Positions 52,126 to 64,000 of a DNA stretch of 64,000 bases are shown piece after piece. Within the stretch, counting starts at the first letter, position 1. The number at the start of each line of letters is the position of its first letter. The notes below the pieces were generated by a model. The model saw only the letters and a list, made by a program, of their open reading frames with translations. It was not told where the DNA came from and searched no databases. Position numbers and translations under genes: made by a program. This stretch comes from Mytilus californianus. Lineage: Eukaryota. The stretch is from assembly GCF_021869535.1 (NCBI RefSeq), contig NW_026262615.1:24118001-24182000 (forward strand), in the 5' to 3' direction.

Positions 52126-54460
52126 TAATCATTTATAATGCGTGACCTGTTCATTTCATGCACATGTGCATGAACCTTTTAGATTTAATATTTTCATTAA
52201 TGAGATATATTTTTGGGGTACTTTTTGGTGTTTTAATATTGAATACATTGTAATCTTTGGTGATTTGTTATTGAACAATTTCCCATAAATTTTATGTGTG
52301 TCCTGTTTTGTATTATTTACATGCAAGTATAGAGAATGAAACTACATATTTATAACAGGTAAGGAAATGTTGTATAATTGCCAATGAGAAAGCTATCTAC
52401 CAGTGACCGAAGGACGAGGATGTAAACAACTATAGGACATCATATGGCTTCAACAATGAACAAAACCCATATTATATAGTTTTATATAAATATTCCTGGA
52501 ATGGCAAATACGAAGTAATTCACCAGAGAAAACCAACGGCCTGGTTTATGCAGCAATAACAAAACCAAACAAATATGGGAAACAACTAATAATTATTGAA
52601 CATTTACTGTAAAGGCCCCGGGGTATCTTATATTGCTAATCCTCTCGTTAACAAACAGAACTAGAAAACTACTATTTTAAAGGCTAAAAACAATGTTTGA
52701 TTCAGCGAATTAAAATAAAATAAAACAACTTGGGTTTTTTTTTGTCAATCAGTTACCAAATTGGCCTATACATGCATGAATGAGCTGCACACAAGAAAGT
52801 GGCGGAAGGAGCATGTTAAGCTTTAACTTATACTTTAAGAAAAATTATTCCTGGCGCTAAACAGAGGATGGGATTGAAATTTGATTCTGAAACTTACAGT
52901 GGTAAAAGGTAATATTTCTAGCAAATGCAATTGTTTTATATGATAAGGAGGTGATATAGATAGCATGTTACCTACAAACTTTAGAATTACTATCCTCTCT
53001 CTGTCTATCTATGGATTTGTTCAACATGTTCAATTCATAACTCCTGTTTTAACTCAAAGGAAACGACGACTTGGTTAATTCGTTAGTGGGCTGTTTTTCG
53101 TTACTGTATTTTATTTTCACGATGGGCTTTGTATCTTTGTTGTTTAATAATAATAATTTCGGGCTTTGATGTTGCTTCTTGTCGTACATATTTGTGTGAT
53201 TCATTTACAAAGCCGTATGAAATACATATGGTATTCTATTGACGCATGTATTACTACATATAATCATAGATATCCTTTATTAACATACATTCATTCAGTT
53301 AAAATGTATATTTCAAATAAAATTTTAAATCTGCGTTCTGATATAAAAACGACAAGAGGATGAGGTATGGTTGCAAATGAGACAACTCTCAACCATAGAC
53401 CAAATAACATAGACGTTTACAACTATAGGTCACCGTACGGCCTTCAATGATCAGCAAAACCCATACCGCATAGTAAGCTATAAAGGACACAGGAATGACA
53501 ATGTAAAACAATTCAAACGAGAAAACTAACGGCCTGAATTATGTACAAAACACTAAACGAAAAACAAATATGAGATACAACAACAAACGGCAACCACTCA
53601 ATTCCAGGCTCTTGATTTGGGAAAGGCACATACAAAATGTGGAGTAAAACATGCTTGCTGGTGCCAAACTCTCATTCTGTTAAGGATCGATAACGATTGT
53701 AAAACGAATAGAATGCCTGGGAATGTAACATTTAAAAGAAGTAGACCACACAATAGACCGTATGTGGATTCTACGATGGTATTTGGTTATGTAGTGTCCT
53801 TGGGTTACTTTAGTAGCGTATATCGCATATTTACTATCATACAAACTAAAATATATCGTATTTAAATGATTTGTATCTGTTTATGATAAGAAATTGTTAA
53901 TCTCAAATAGGTATCCTTAAAACAAAAACTATTTACGAATTTATTCGGTTTGTAATTGGACGAGGTAGATGTGGTTTTTTAGATATCGTTAGAAAATTGC
54001 GCACAATCTTAGGTTCAAAATATGATTCTCACATATTTGTCATTACCTTAAGAAAAGGTATTATATTAATAGTTTCTCTCTCTTGAATAGAAACCCTGCA
54101 AATTTGAAACCGTCACATATTTCAATATTTTTCACAGATGTATTTTCATATATATCACAATGGTTTTAAATAAACTCATTATAGATACCAGGATTAAATT
54201 GTGTACGCCAGACGTACCAGATTCACGCCATACATATTTTACAAGTATTAGATATGTGAAAATGAAAATTAAAAAGAAATATCTAGGATTGTGTATCTAA
54301 AGTCCGTCAGTAAAATACCTAGGTCTGTTTTCTTCATTGTTTACTGACTATAGGCTTTGGCTGTATTTCAACATTTTACTTTTGATGACCCAACAAATGC
54401 AAGGCGCCACAACGCAGACAGAAACGTACAATCACGCGCAATTTCAGTTGTATAATATCA

Positions 54461-54547
54461 ATTGAATTTTGGGCAAATCACCCTGTAGACAGGAGAATAC
54501 AGTAACGAAAAATACAGAATGATTTGTTTCCTTCAACTACAAATCTA
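54461..54547 (+). pseudogene. Older paralog fragment of the CTLD1 C-half exon
   Basis: IEFWANHPVDRRIQ*RKIQNDLFPSTTNL aligns without gaps to IEFWANHSPDNNRPKGQIQYDMFPSTYDL (16/29 identical). It shows synonymous changes and has one stop. Confidence 0.7.
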
Positions 54548-57500
54548 TAAATAATAGGTATACGTATTAAGGTAAATACATTGTGTAATTAATTGACAAA
54601 TTTTTAAGGTATCAGTTTTTAAACAAGTACAAGTAAAGAATTTATATAAAATATGAAGAAGCATAATTGAAAATGAGACAATTATCAATTAAAGATGAAA
54701 GGACAAGGTAGTAAGTTATTGGTGATCAAACGTCCTTCAACAATAAGCCAAAACCTATACAGTTTTATAAGCTATTCAAAACCGTTTACTAGCGTCTTTT
54801 TTATAGAAGAATTAAAAAGGCACGTAAATGTCGACAGGCCGTTAGATTTCTCGTTTGAATTGTTTTATATTTCTTATTGCCCTTACGACGCATCAGATCT
54901 CGCTCTTTTTCAAGTGTATGCGATTTTATTGGTTTCTGTTAGTTAACTTGGTTTGTATAGTCTTAATCGATTTATGAGATTTCAATATGAGTATGTTGCA
55001 ATAGCCATAACTATATCTAAATTGTCCCTTGTCTAATAAATCGTCAAAATTGACAAATACTATCAAATAACTATCATCAATACCAAATACCATAATAAAA
55101 CAAAAACAATATTAAAAAATTTCGAAAATGTTCAGTCAAAGATATTAACAAAATGTATTTGGTATGAGAATAAAGGACGGAACACGTTAATCAGATATGC
55201 AAGACAGGAAACATTAATAAACGGCATTTATATTCTCATAAATTAGGAATTACTTTCTCCTTTTTAGTAGCTCTTGTGGTGTAAAATCGTTGGTCAAAGT
55301 ACATTTAAAGGAAGGAATACAAAACAATTTCATACTTATAAATACAGAGTTTTTCCTCGCCCTTAGAACTAGAGATGAGCAATTACAAAGAATCTAGTGA
55401 AAAAGTAAGAAAAAGAACGAGGGTTCTGAAATATATATATTCAAAATAATCACTTTTTGTAGACGATATCATGATTTCGTTAACGATTGTTTCCGGGTAT
55501 CAATGAAAAGACATGTATTGTCGGAATGCCAATCATACAATACTTATTTCAATGCAGATATTGTAATAATTATTGATCATGAATGTCATCAAAAAGCTCG
55601 AGAGTATTAGATACGATTCAGTACAGTAGATTTAAAGACACTTATTTCTAAAGTCTATATTAATGGATATAAATTAACCTTTATAACCAATAAAGGAGAA
55701 GTGAAGAGAAAGGGAACATGAAAGCTTTCCAAAGAAACACACATACAACATAAAAGACGAACGGTCGTCAGTTATAGACAGAGTGTATACAATTAAACTT
55801 TATTTCAAGCGATACACTGTTCCGTTCCGTGCCACAAATTGAGAAATTAATATGAACAAAAAGATCGTTGTCAGACACATGTTCTCTCAATCCAATGTGT
55901 AAAATAGGCATATATACGCTTCTATCAGAATTTCAGTAGGTGGAACGGTGTTTCCGATAGATTTTGAATTTTCATTCAGATCGCAAACATCTATAGATAA
56001 ACATAATTAGAAGTGGTGTGATTGCCAGTAAGTATCTATGAGAGATTAATTGACTGAGTAATAAACACCACAAGGCATCGTTCGGCCTTTAACAATGACT
56101 AGCATCTTGTAAAGTCTGCTATAAAGACCAAAAACTAAACAAAATAAAATAGGTGATTGAAATTCAATAAAATTCCAAGAACTGAACAGTGTTCTATATA
56201 TATATATATATATATATTGTTAATTGAACCATTATCACAGAGGTCCTTTTAATTTGTAGCTAATAAACAGAACATTATATTTTTTTCCAAAGATAAACTC
56301 AAAGCCAGAAATTAGAGAAACACACCTAGAAGCAAAATATCTCTCTTGTCTCGGTATTTTGTACATCCAACATTCATGTATTTATTTTTGATGTTTCTGT
56401 TATGGTTTCGGGGGGATAATGTGTTATGTCTTATCGTTTGTAGTCCAAATAATTATAAAATTGCCTTTCAATACCATCATTGTCATGAAAATTGTTCGGA
56501 CTGGTATTGTGAAAATAATTGTATAAAGTTCGAGATTGCATGTTAGTTACGTGAGTGCGTCACTGTTTGTGATGTCCTGTGGTGTCTGTCATTGATTGAA
56601 TATGTTCGTTGTTGTTCTGCGGTTTGCATGTTGTGTCGACTATTATATTTGTGTGTGCGTTTCTCTGTGATGAGTGTTCTTGTGTGTGTGTTTGTGCTGT
56701 ATTTCTGTCACGTATTGTTGTCATTTTAGCATTTTTAACATTGTCATATAAACTGGAGGTTTGGCTAGCCATAAAACCAGGTTCAACCCACCATTTTTTC
56801 TTAAAATGTCTTGATCCAAGTCAGGAAGATGGCAGTTGTTATCAAATAGTTCGTTTTTATGTATTTTGGCGTTTGTTTTTGTTGCACGTTAGTGTTCCTG
56901 TTGTTCCTTTGTTTTCCTCTTATAGTTGATGTGTTTCCCTCGGTTTTAGTTTGTAACCCGGATTTGTTTTCTCTCAATCGATTTATGACTTTTGAACACC
57001 GGTATACTACTGTTGCCTTTATTTATTGAGCTATTCAAATGGAAAAACACCTACAACTCAATAATAATTCACAAAAATATTTGCTTTTGAGAATCTTTCT
57101 TTACAATGTGTTCCTTTTCTTAAACTATGATACAAGTACATAAATTGAAACAGGAAGAAATTGTTTGATGTAAGATATAAAAAAATTCAATACTGTAATG
57201 GTATAACAAAAGTAATATGAGACACCTAAACGCAATAAAGGGTAAACTACATTGTACATTTTGTAAATGCTTAAGATTCATGTCCGTACATACGTAATAA
57301 AGAGGAAACAACTATGGCCCTGTATATCGTTTTCTGAATCGGATAATTGTAGTAATAAATTATCTTATAAAAAACTTCCTGTTGTGTTCTCTTTACACTT
57401 GCGTGACATAGTTTTTTTTTCAATTTTTCAACATTTAAATTCATTAAAAGTTTAAAGATATTTTCCCACGAATCCATAGTATACTTATTACGAGTTATTA

Positions 57501-58527
57501 AGCACATTATATCTAAAGACACATTACACGTATATCGTTATTTTTATTTAATAAAGCGCGCTGTTTTCTAAATAGATTTTTAAAGTTTACTTGGTGTGTG
57601 TTAGTATTAAATAGGTCTACTTTGATTTTAATATAAAGACAAGAGGTCTATAAAACCGTTATATGGTGTATGATATAGTGCAAGTGATTAACGGTTCTTA
57701 TCATAAGAAGCAGCAGATACAGAAGCACCAATTTTAGAAACCGTTTATAGAGAACAAATATTTGAATATTACACAACCGTTGAATATCAAAAGCAGACAC
57801 CTACATAAATTGTTTCTGTTTTGTTATATATCCAAGCTTAGATAAATGCGTATTACATTGGATTTAGCTTTTATTTTAGTTACTGTTAATCTTTTTGATA
57901 TAACAACTAAGTATTAACTAGAATTAGATTTAATAAGATCAATATATATGCTTATTGTGGATCGATTCATTATTATTCTTTGGATACCGATTTTCTAGGA
58001 TTTGATTGGTAGTGGCAAACCACGAAATTAAATGTTCAACGAAGTTTTAATATCCTATGGTTTTGTATGGAAACTTTGGCATGTCCACGAAATCAAAATC
58101 AAAAACAAAAAAGGATTGTTTTTCAATCCATGAAAACAGTACCCACTAAAATAAATGAATCCACAGTTACATACTTTATCATTTTTGTAACAGTTGTTGA
58201 TTTTAACTACCTAGCTTTGAAATTTGCCAAATGCAGATAGGACAATTAAATTGTGCAAATTAGTAAATATTTTATCGTACGTGTATTATATGATATGTTT
58301 GGACTAGTTGTCCACTTTTTCTATTTCCTTGACATCGTGAAGATTTGTTTATATTCTTAAAATAGAGAAAAAGGACATTAGAGAATGATTTTCTGACAAC
58401 GTTTTTTGTGTTTTCAGAAAACAATGGCTTATAGTTTTATTACACTTAACATAGAAATGCGTATTAGTTTATCATTATCTCTCTATATATCCATTTATCT
58501 CTCGTGTACTTTATTCGAGTTGTTTAA

Positions 58528-58741
58528 GGTGCCACATGTGGAGCAGGATCTGCTTATCCTTCCGGAGCACCTGAGATCACCCCCAGTTTTTGGTGGGGTT
58601 CGTGTTGCTTAGTCTTTAGTTTTCTATGTTGTGTCATCTGTACTATTATTTGTCTGTTTGTCTTTTTATTTTTGGCGTTGTCAGTTTGTTTTCGATCTAT
58701 GAGTTTGACTGTCCCTCTGGTATCTTTCGTCCCTCTTTTTT
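58528..58741 (+). mobile_element. Solo/truncated copy of the same retroelement tail
   Basis: ggtgccacatgtggagcaggatctgcttatccttccggagcacctgagatcacccccagtttttggtggggttcg. Related copies lie at 61085-61385 and, reversed, at ~6780-6925 and ~38000-38170. Confidence 0.75.
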
Positions 58742-60189
58742 AAGCAGTTACAACAATTTCATGAATGCCGTTGAGTTATCTAAAGGGGAAGGTATGATAT
58801 GACGACGCTTTTTGTACTTTCAACTTAAATGAAGAGCTATTCAGAAAGTACTAATTTCATATGGAATATTTTTCAGCAAACAACAAGAGAAGGAAAATTA
58901 ATTTCAGTTCACAAAATCCAGACATGTATATATCCTTTTTTGAATTTACATGTATATGTCCAAGTGTACATGCAAATGTGTAATGAAAAAGAAATGCTTG
59001 TGATAAATTTTTATAATGTGTACGTTAAACAAGCAGTTTTTGTTTGATTATAGACCGGTAAGGAAGGAAATATAATATAACTAGTATAATGCATGACGTA
59101 TTGATATTCGATTTTATCTTAAAAAGAATTCAAAAGCTTCTAAAAATAAAAACTGTAATAAAGAGATAATAATTTACAAGTACACAATATGTAATATTTT
59201 ATCTGTTGTAAACATGAGGACGCAGACTTTATGTTGTACAATGAAGGGTGTTTCTCTGTTTCATACAATTATGTGAAAAGATGAAGGTGAAAGTGAGAAA
59301 AGGTAAGTAAACATATATTTTTTCTGGTTGTAAGCTCAAATGCAGATACTTATTAGTTAAGAAAACGATTCTTATGGTGTAGAATTCGTTAGTTTCATTG
59401 AGAAAGATGATTTATTAACGGCTGCTGATGCACTCATTGTCTCCGAGGATACCGTCAGCACAGTGGCCAGTGTTCCTGTAGTCTGATAATATGACATTCA
59501 ATGACATTATATTTTGTAAATTAAAAGTATATTAATCATGAAACTGCACTGTATAAAAAAAGTAAAATAACAAAAATACCGAACTCCAAGGGAAATTCAA
59601 AACAGGAAGTCCTTTATAGAATTGCAAAACCAAAAGCTCAAACACATCAAACGAATGGAGTACAATTGTCATATTTCTGACTTGTGAAGACATTTCCTTA
59701 GAAAATGGTGGATTAAACCTTAAATATGCACTGAAATTCAGGCTGCTATTATCTTGAGTAAAACACACCTTAACAAAACTTCTTTTGTTCTATTTATGCT
59801 GATTTGGTTTTAATACTGTCGGGTGTTTGTAATTGTGAAGTTTCGAGCAAAATTGATGAAGTTGTCAGGACACGGATTTATAAAGGTTTTTCTAAACTTG
59901 TTTCCGAATCCCACATATGAATTTTATGTAAAATTGTACTACTTCATTGTTATAATTTTTTATTAATAAATACTGTTTAAACTTAGATGTTCTGGTGACA
60001 AGTGCCACATGCACGGATTACGATACACGTTTTATTATAATATACGTAACATTCCATTAGTTTAAATGTTTTTTATTTTACAGAATAGTTGTCATTATCT
60101 TACAATGGAATTTTTATCGTTTAGTTCAAATAAAATAAATAACTTTCATTCCATAACTTTGTAGATATCAAGTTTGTACGTCGATGTAT

Positions 60190-60537
60190 ATATACTTTTT
60201 CTACATTGGCTAGAGGTATAGGGGAGGGTTGAGATCTCATAAACATGTTTAACCCCGCCGCATTTTTGCGCCTGTCCCAAGTCAGGAGCCTCTAGCCTTT
60301 GTCAGTCTTGTATTATTATTTAATTTTAGTTTCTTGTGTACAATTTGGAGTTTAGTATGGCGTTCATTATCACTGAACTAGTATATATATTTGTTTAGGG
60401 GCCAGCTGAAGGACGCCTCCGGGTGCGGGAATTTCTCGCTGCATTGAAGACCTGTTGGTGACCTTCTGCTGTTGTCTGTTCTATGGTCGGGTTGTTGTCT
60501 CTTTGACACATTCCCCATTTCCATTCTCAATTTTATA
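60190..60537 (+). mobile_element. Well-preserved dispersed repeat (bivalve-type, class uncertain)
   Basis: cattggctagaggtatagggggagggttgag...cctgtcccaagtcaggagcc...cattccccatttccattctcaattttat. It shares the cctgtcccaagtcagga motif with the other dispersed families. Confidence 0.65.
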
Positions 60538-61084
60538 CCAAACCATTGTCTGGTGTTTTTCTTCTGCCGATAGTGACCCTATTTAATTTGCCTTAAATTT
60601 GTTATTATACGGTTTTCTATAAAACGGATGGATTTAGATACATTTATCGATATAAATTATTATAAGGGTTGTATCAATGACTAAACTTCTGTGTCTTGGT
60701 ATGTATGTTTGTCATTATCTACACTATAAACATGATAAAAATATGTGATTATTTTATTTCAACAACAAATAAATTTCTTAATCGTTATTCAAAAAAACAA
60801 ACACTTATCAAGTCTAAATGTTTTTTAATAGCTACAATTCATTTTGAAAAAGGAAGGCCGTTTACAGCAAACTAGTTAGGTATCCAACGTAATACATATA
60901 TCATATACAATAGTATGTCAGTGTCAGAAAAACATCTACTTAGTGAATTAGGCTTAGAAATTGGGCAAGGACGAGGTTAACCGAATACAAATTGATACTT
61001 TTTCTGACATTGACTTAATATTGTTTTTATAGTCCAGCTAACAATGATTTACATTTATTATTGAACAATTGTCGAAACCACATC

Positions 61085-61385
61085 CTGTCCTCTTTTCCTC
61101 GAATGTGACATACCAAATTAGACTTATCACTTATCACCGGGTGTGTACTAAAATGAGCAATACGACGGGTGCAACATGTCGAGAAGGATCTGCTGACCGT
61201 CTTGGAGCACCTGAGATCACCTCCCGTTTTAAGGGGTTCATGTTGCTCAATCTTTAGTTTTCTATGTTTTGCTTTGTACTGTTACATGTGTTTTGTTCGT
61301 TTTTCCTTTTTAACCATGGTGTTGTCACTTTTTTTTCGACTTCTTGGTTTTAATGTCCCTTTTTGGTATCTTTTATATCTCTAGT
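61085..61385 (+). mobile_element. Truncated retroelement tail copy
   Basis: acgacgggtgcaacatgtcgagaaggatctgct...ggagcacctgagatcacc, homologous to 58528-58741. Confidence 0.7.
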
Positions 61386-62158
61386 ATAGTTATATTTAGA
61401 AATAAACTCGTCTTAAATGAAAATGTTAGTACAAAAATAAAACTCATTTTTCATACCTTAACGAATCTAAAATTGTGAAAAACAGTGACGAGACATGCAA
61501 AAGACATTGCAAGAAATATAACCTGAAACTACAAGTGTATTTGGCAGATGAAGACAACAGGAAGTGTTTCCTAGACTGTTTTTGACGTGTTAACACTAAG
61601 TCCATTGGATGTGTACTGATTGATATTTTGTCATGAATACATATCTCTATTATTTTCTATTGGCTTTGAACTTGTTTTTAGTAACTGCGAGTACTATCAG
61701 ATAGGTACGTGTGTCTGTCGTGATTTTGTCAGTTGTTATCTACTAGCTGCAGTATAAAACGAAGGATTTTACAGTATTTGTTTTGTTTTAAATAACACGA
61801 TTCAATAATTATATATCTTTTTTATCATTTAATAGATATTGTGTACACTGATAGGTTAAATTTTGCTTAACAGATTTATTGATACTGCATTGAACAATTC
61901 TTACATTACTTGAATTCATTGATCATTCGTTACTCTCTAAAACAATTTTTTTTACATTTTGGTTCAACCTCATGTTTTAAAACTTAAGGTATAATTTCAC
62001 TAACTTATCATATGTGAATTCGAGGTGTGAAAAAAGTATTTATCACTTTACTATGTGCATTTGAAATCTTTATGAGTATACAAACTTACAAGCTATAAAT
62101 ATTGAGATTTAGTTTTCTGTTGTCTGTCTGTAGATATATCCACTAGAAAAGCTAAAAT

Positions 62159-62824
62159 ATGAGTGACCTTGAACCTAAAGAATATCTGCGGCTCTTCAAA
62201 TGTTTACTTGATACAGCAACAGTGGTCGTTTGTGCATTCACCCACAACAAACTTCTATCAAGTTATGAAGGAAGTTTCCAGAAATATCTTGAAGACAGAA
62301 AACATTTTTTCTATCATCAATGGCAGGGAACACAATCACCCTGTTGTAATTGTCCATCTGATGAATGTACAATTCAAATGTATTGTCCGATGGAAAGTTG
62401 GATGTTCAAAATATTTTACATGGAGACCTCCATGGAAGAAATGAGTCACATTGTAAGAGAAGGAGAAAGTAAACAGAAAAAATGTATTCACAAATATGCA
62501 GCTTTAAACATTCCAATGGATAATCTGGATATATGTCCATTGAACTACATTTTACAAACGACTTGCATTTTATCCACACAAGAACATTCTGCCTTGGAAT
62601 TGATCGAGGAAAAAAGAAATACTTTATGCCATGCTTGGTCAGTCAAATGTTTGTCCACGACTCAACTATCAGATATATGGAACGACCTGGAAAGAGCTGT
62701 TCTCGGTTTGACGAACCCATATCTAGTGAAAATAATCAAAAATCAAATCAAAGTTATCAAGACATGCGATATTGATATGGAAGAGATAACTGAGTTTACA
62801 CAGAAGATAAGTAGAATGAATAAG
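62159..62824 (+). CDS. First coding exon of a DZIP3-like HEPN-domain protein; gene probably continues beyond the window
   Basis: 222 open codons between an acceptor (tctgtag at 62133) and a phase-0 donor (aag/gtagtt). Motifs: EYLRLFKCLL, KHFFYHQW..CCNC, LDICPLNYIL, KRNTLCH (R-x4-H), IWNDLERAVLGL, then a helical tail. Confidence 0.85.
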
Positions 62825-63189
62825 GTAGTTATATACGCTACATTTACACCATAAAAGATCAAAATAGATAACAATAAAAGAGAGGTGAAAGTTACCATTA
62901 ATGTGTTCTTGGACATTTTAAAGGGTACAAAAACAATAGTACAGCAAACCAACAAATTAAAAAGTCATCTGGAGGTCAATATACGATCTTTTACACTATA
63001 TTTTTTTTGCTATATGATTACAGTTCTGATATATCTATGTTTTAGTTCATACCATTCAAAATGATTACATTATGAAATTTGACGCTAAATGCCTATACTT
63101 TATGATATATAAATTTGTATCAAAAAGCCACCTTCATATTTGAAAGTCGAAAGTTTAGAATAGTGACGTAAAGAAACGGACATATCTCA

Positions 63190-63700
63190 TACGTTATCTA
63201 AACGTACATCCACGTATCGAATGTGTAATGAATCAAAATCATCTTTCACTGAATTAATCAAATTTTGGTGAGTATGTTGACTGCATCTATCCGAATGAAC
63301 TTGAAATAAAGCATGTAAAGGATATCATAGCTAAGTTTGCATCATGTCTTGACTTAGACTCTAGAAATTAACAATGAGTGTCCATTAAGAACTAAACTTA
63401 ACGACAAATAGATGATTGCACCTCAATTCTAAATGTGAACGTTGATTGCCTGTGAAGTAACTGTTCATCAACATCTCCTTTCGGAGTATATGACTTGCCA
63501 TTGATCCGACATTCCAGGGTTTGCATTTTCTACCACGTTTTCTTTGAATGAGGGTTACTGCTTACAAAAAGCTATTGAATCAAGGGTTTCAAGTGGTCAA
63601 GTTGAATTCGTCCCTTCAAAAGTTCAACGAACGCCATCATGGTTCAGCTGGCCATTATGGAATAACTGTGTCACATATGACCAAAATGTTCCAATTGTTA
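63190..63700 (+). mobile_element. Degenerate Penelope-like reverse transcriptase C-terminal remnant
   Basis: Frameshifted segments FGEYVDCIYPNELEIK..ASCLDL, LEIN..LRTKLNDK, GVYDLPLIRHSRVC and KKLLNQGFQVVKLNSSLQKFNERHH..YGITVSHM match the PLE-type RT end. Confidence 0.8.
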
Positions 63701-63779
63701 CCACAATCGCGTCATCTTATTCTCAATTGTGACATTACCGAGCGCGAAATAATTACGAATTCATACTTGCTTGAGCAAC

Positions 63780-63960
63780 TTGAGGCATGCCGCATGTAAA
63801 ACAGGAAGTTCTTACGTTTCCGCAACACCTAGGTTCACACCCAGGTTTTGATTTGGTTTGTGTTGCTCAGTCTTCAGTTTTCTTTATAATGTTTGTTAAT
63901 GTTGTATGAATTTTTGTCATTTTTATTTTTCGTCGAAGTTTGTTTGTTTTTATTGGACAC
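63780..63960 (+). mobile_element. 3' tail of the Penelope-like element
   Basis: gcatgccgcatgt...caacacctaggttcacacccagg...gtgttgctcagtcttcagttttc directly follows the RT remnant and is homologous to 58528-58741. Confidence 0.7.
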
Positions 63961-64000
63961 GCAATTTTCAAATGCATCCTTGGTTTTCTCTCTTTTTTTT

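Noticed and set aside
55450-55610. Open frame resembling a CTLD C-half (DHECHQKA)
   Set aside because: Its middle is a remnant of the third hammerhead-type repeat, so the resemblance is probably chance.

Overview
AT-rich eukaryotic DNA, not prokaryotic: short spliced exons with GT-AG introns lie in repeat-dense sequence. The repeat families look like those of a bivalve, most likely Mytilus; this is recognised by eye, not by database search. (1) A ~30.3-kb-offset direct segmental duplication: copy A spans 1-~17.5 kb and copy B ~30.3-48.3 kb. (2) Each copy carries a plus-strand gene for a divergent C-type-lectin (CTLD)-CTLD-PAN/Apple protein. Copy B has five open, phase-compatible exons (951 nt). 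Copy A is a pseudogene (nonsense codon, 81-nt deletion, frameshift, lost donor). A truncated third PAN exon and an older paralog fragment at 54.5 kb are also present. (3) The first coding exon of a DZIP3-like HEPN-domain gene with an intact R-x4-H motif lies at 62.2-62.8 kb. (4) Mobile DNA is abundant: a Penelope-like RT remnant, short repeats carrying minimal type-I hammerhead ribozymes with palindromic helix III, tRNA-derived SINEs, Helentron-type HINEs, TTAA and TA MITEs, and several long hairpin elements including a nested cluster at 23.9-26.5 kb. Most ORFs in the supplied track are not genes. No rRNA, intact tRNA or CRISPR array was found. All counts and identities were made by eye.
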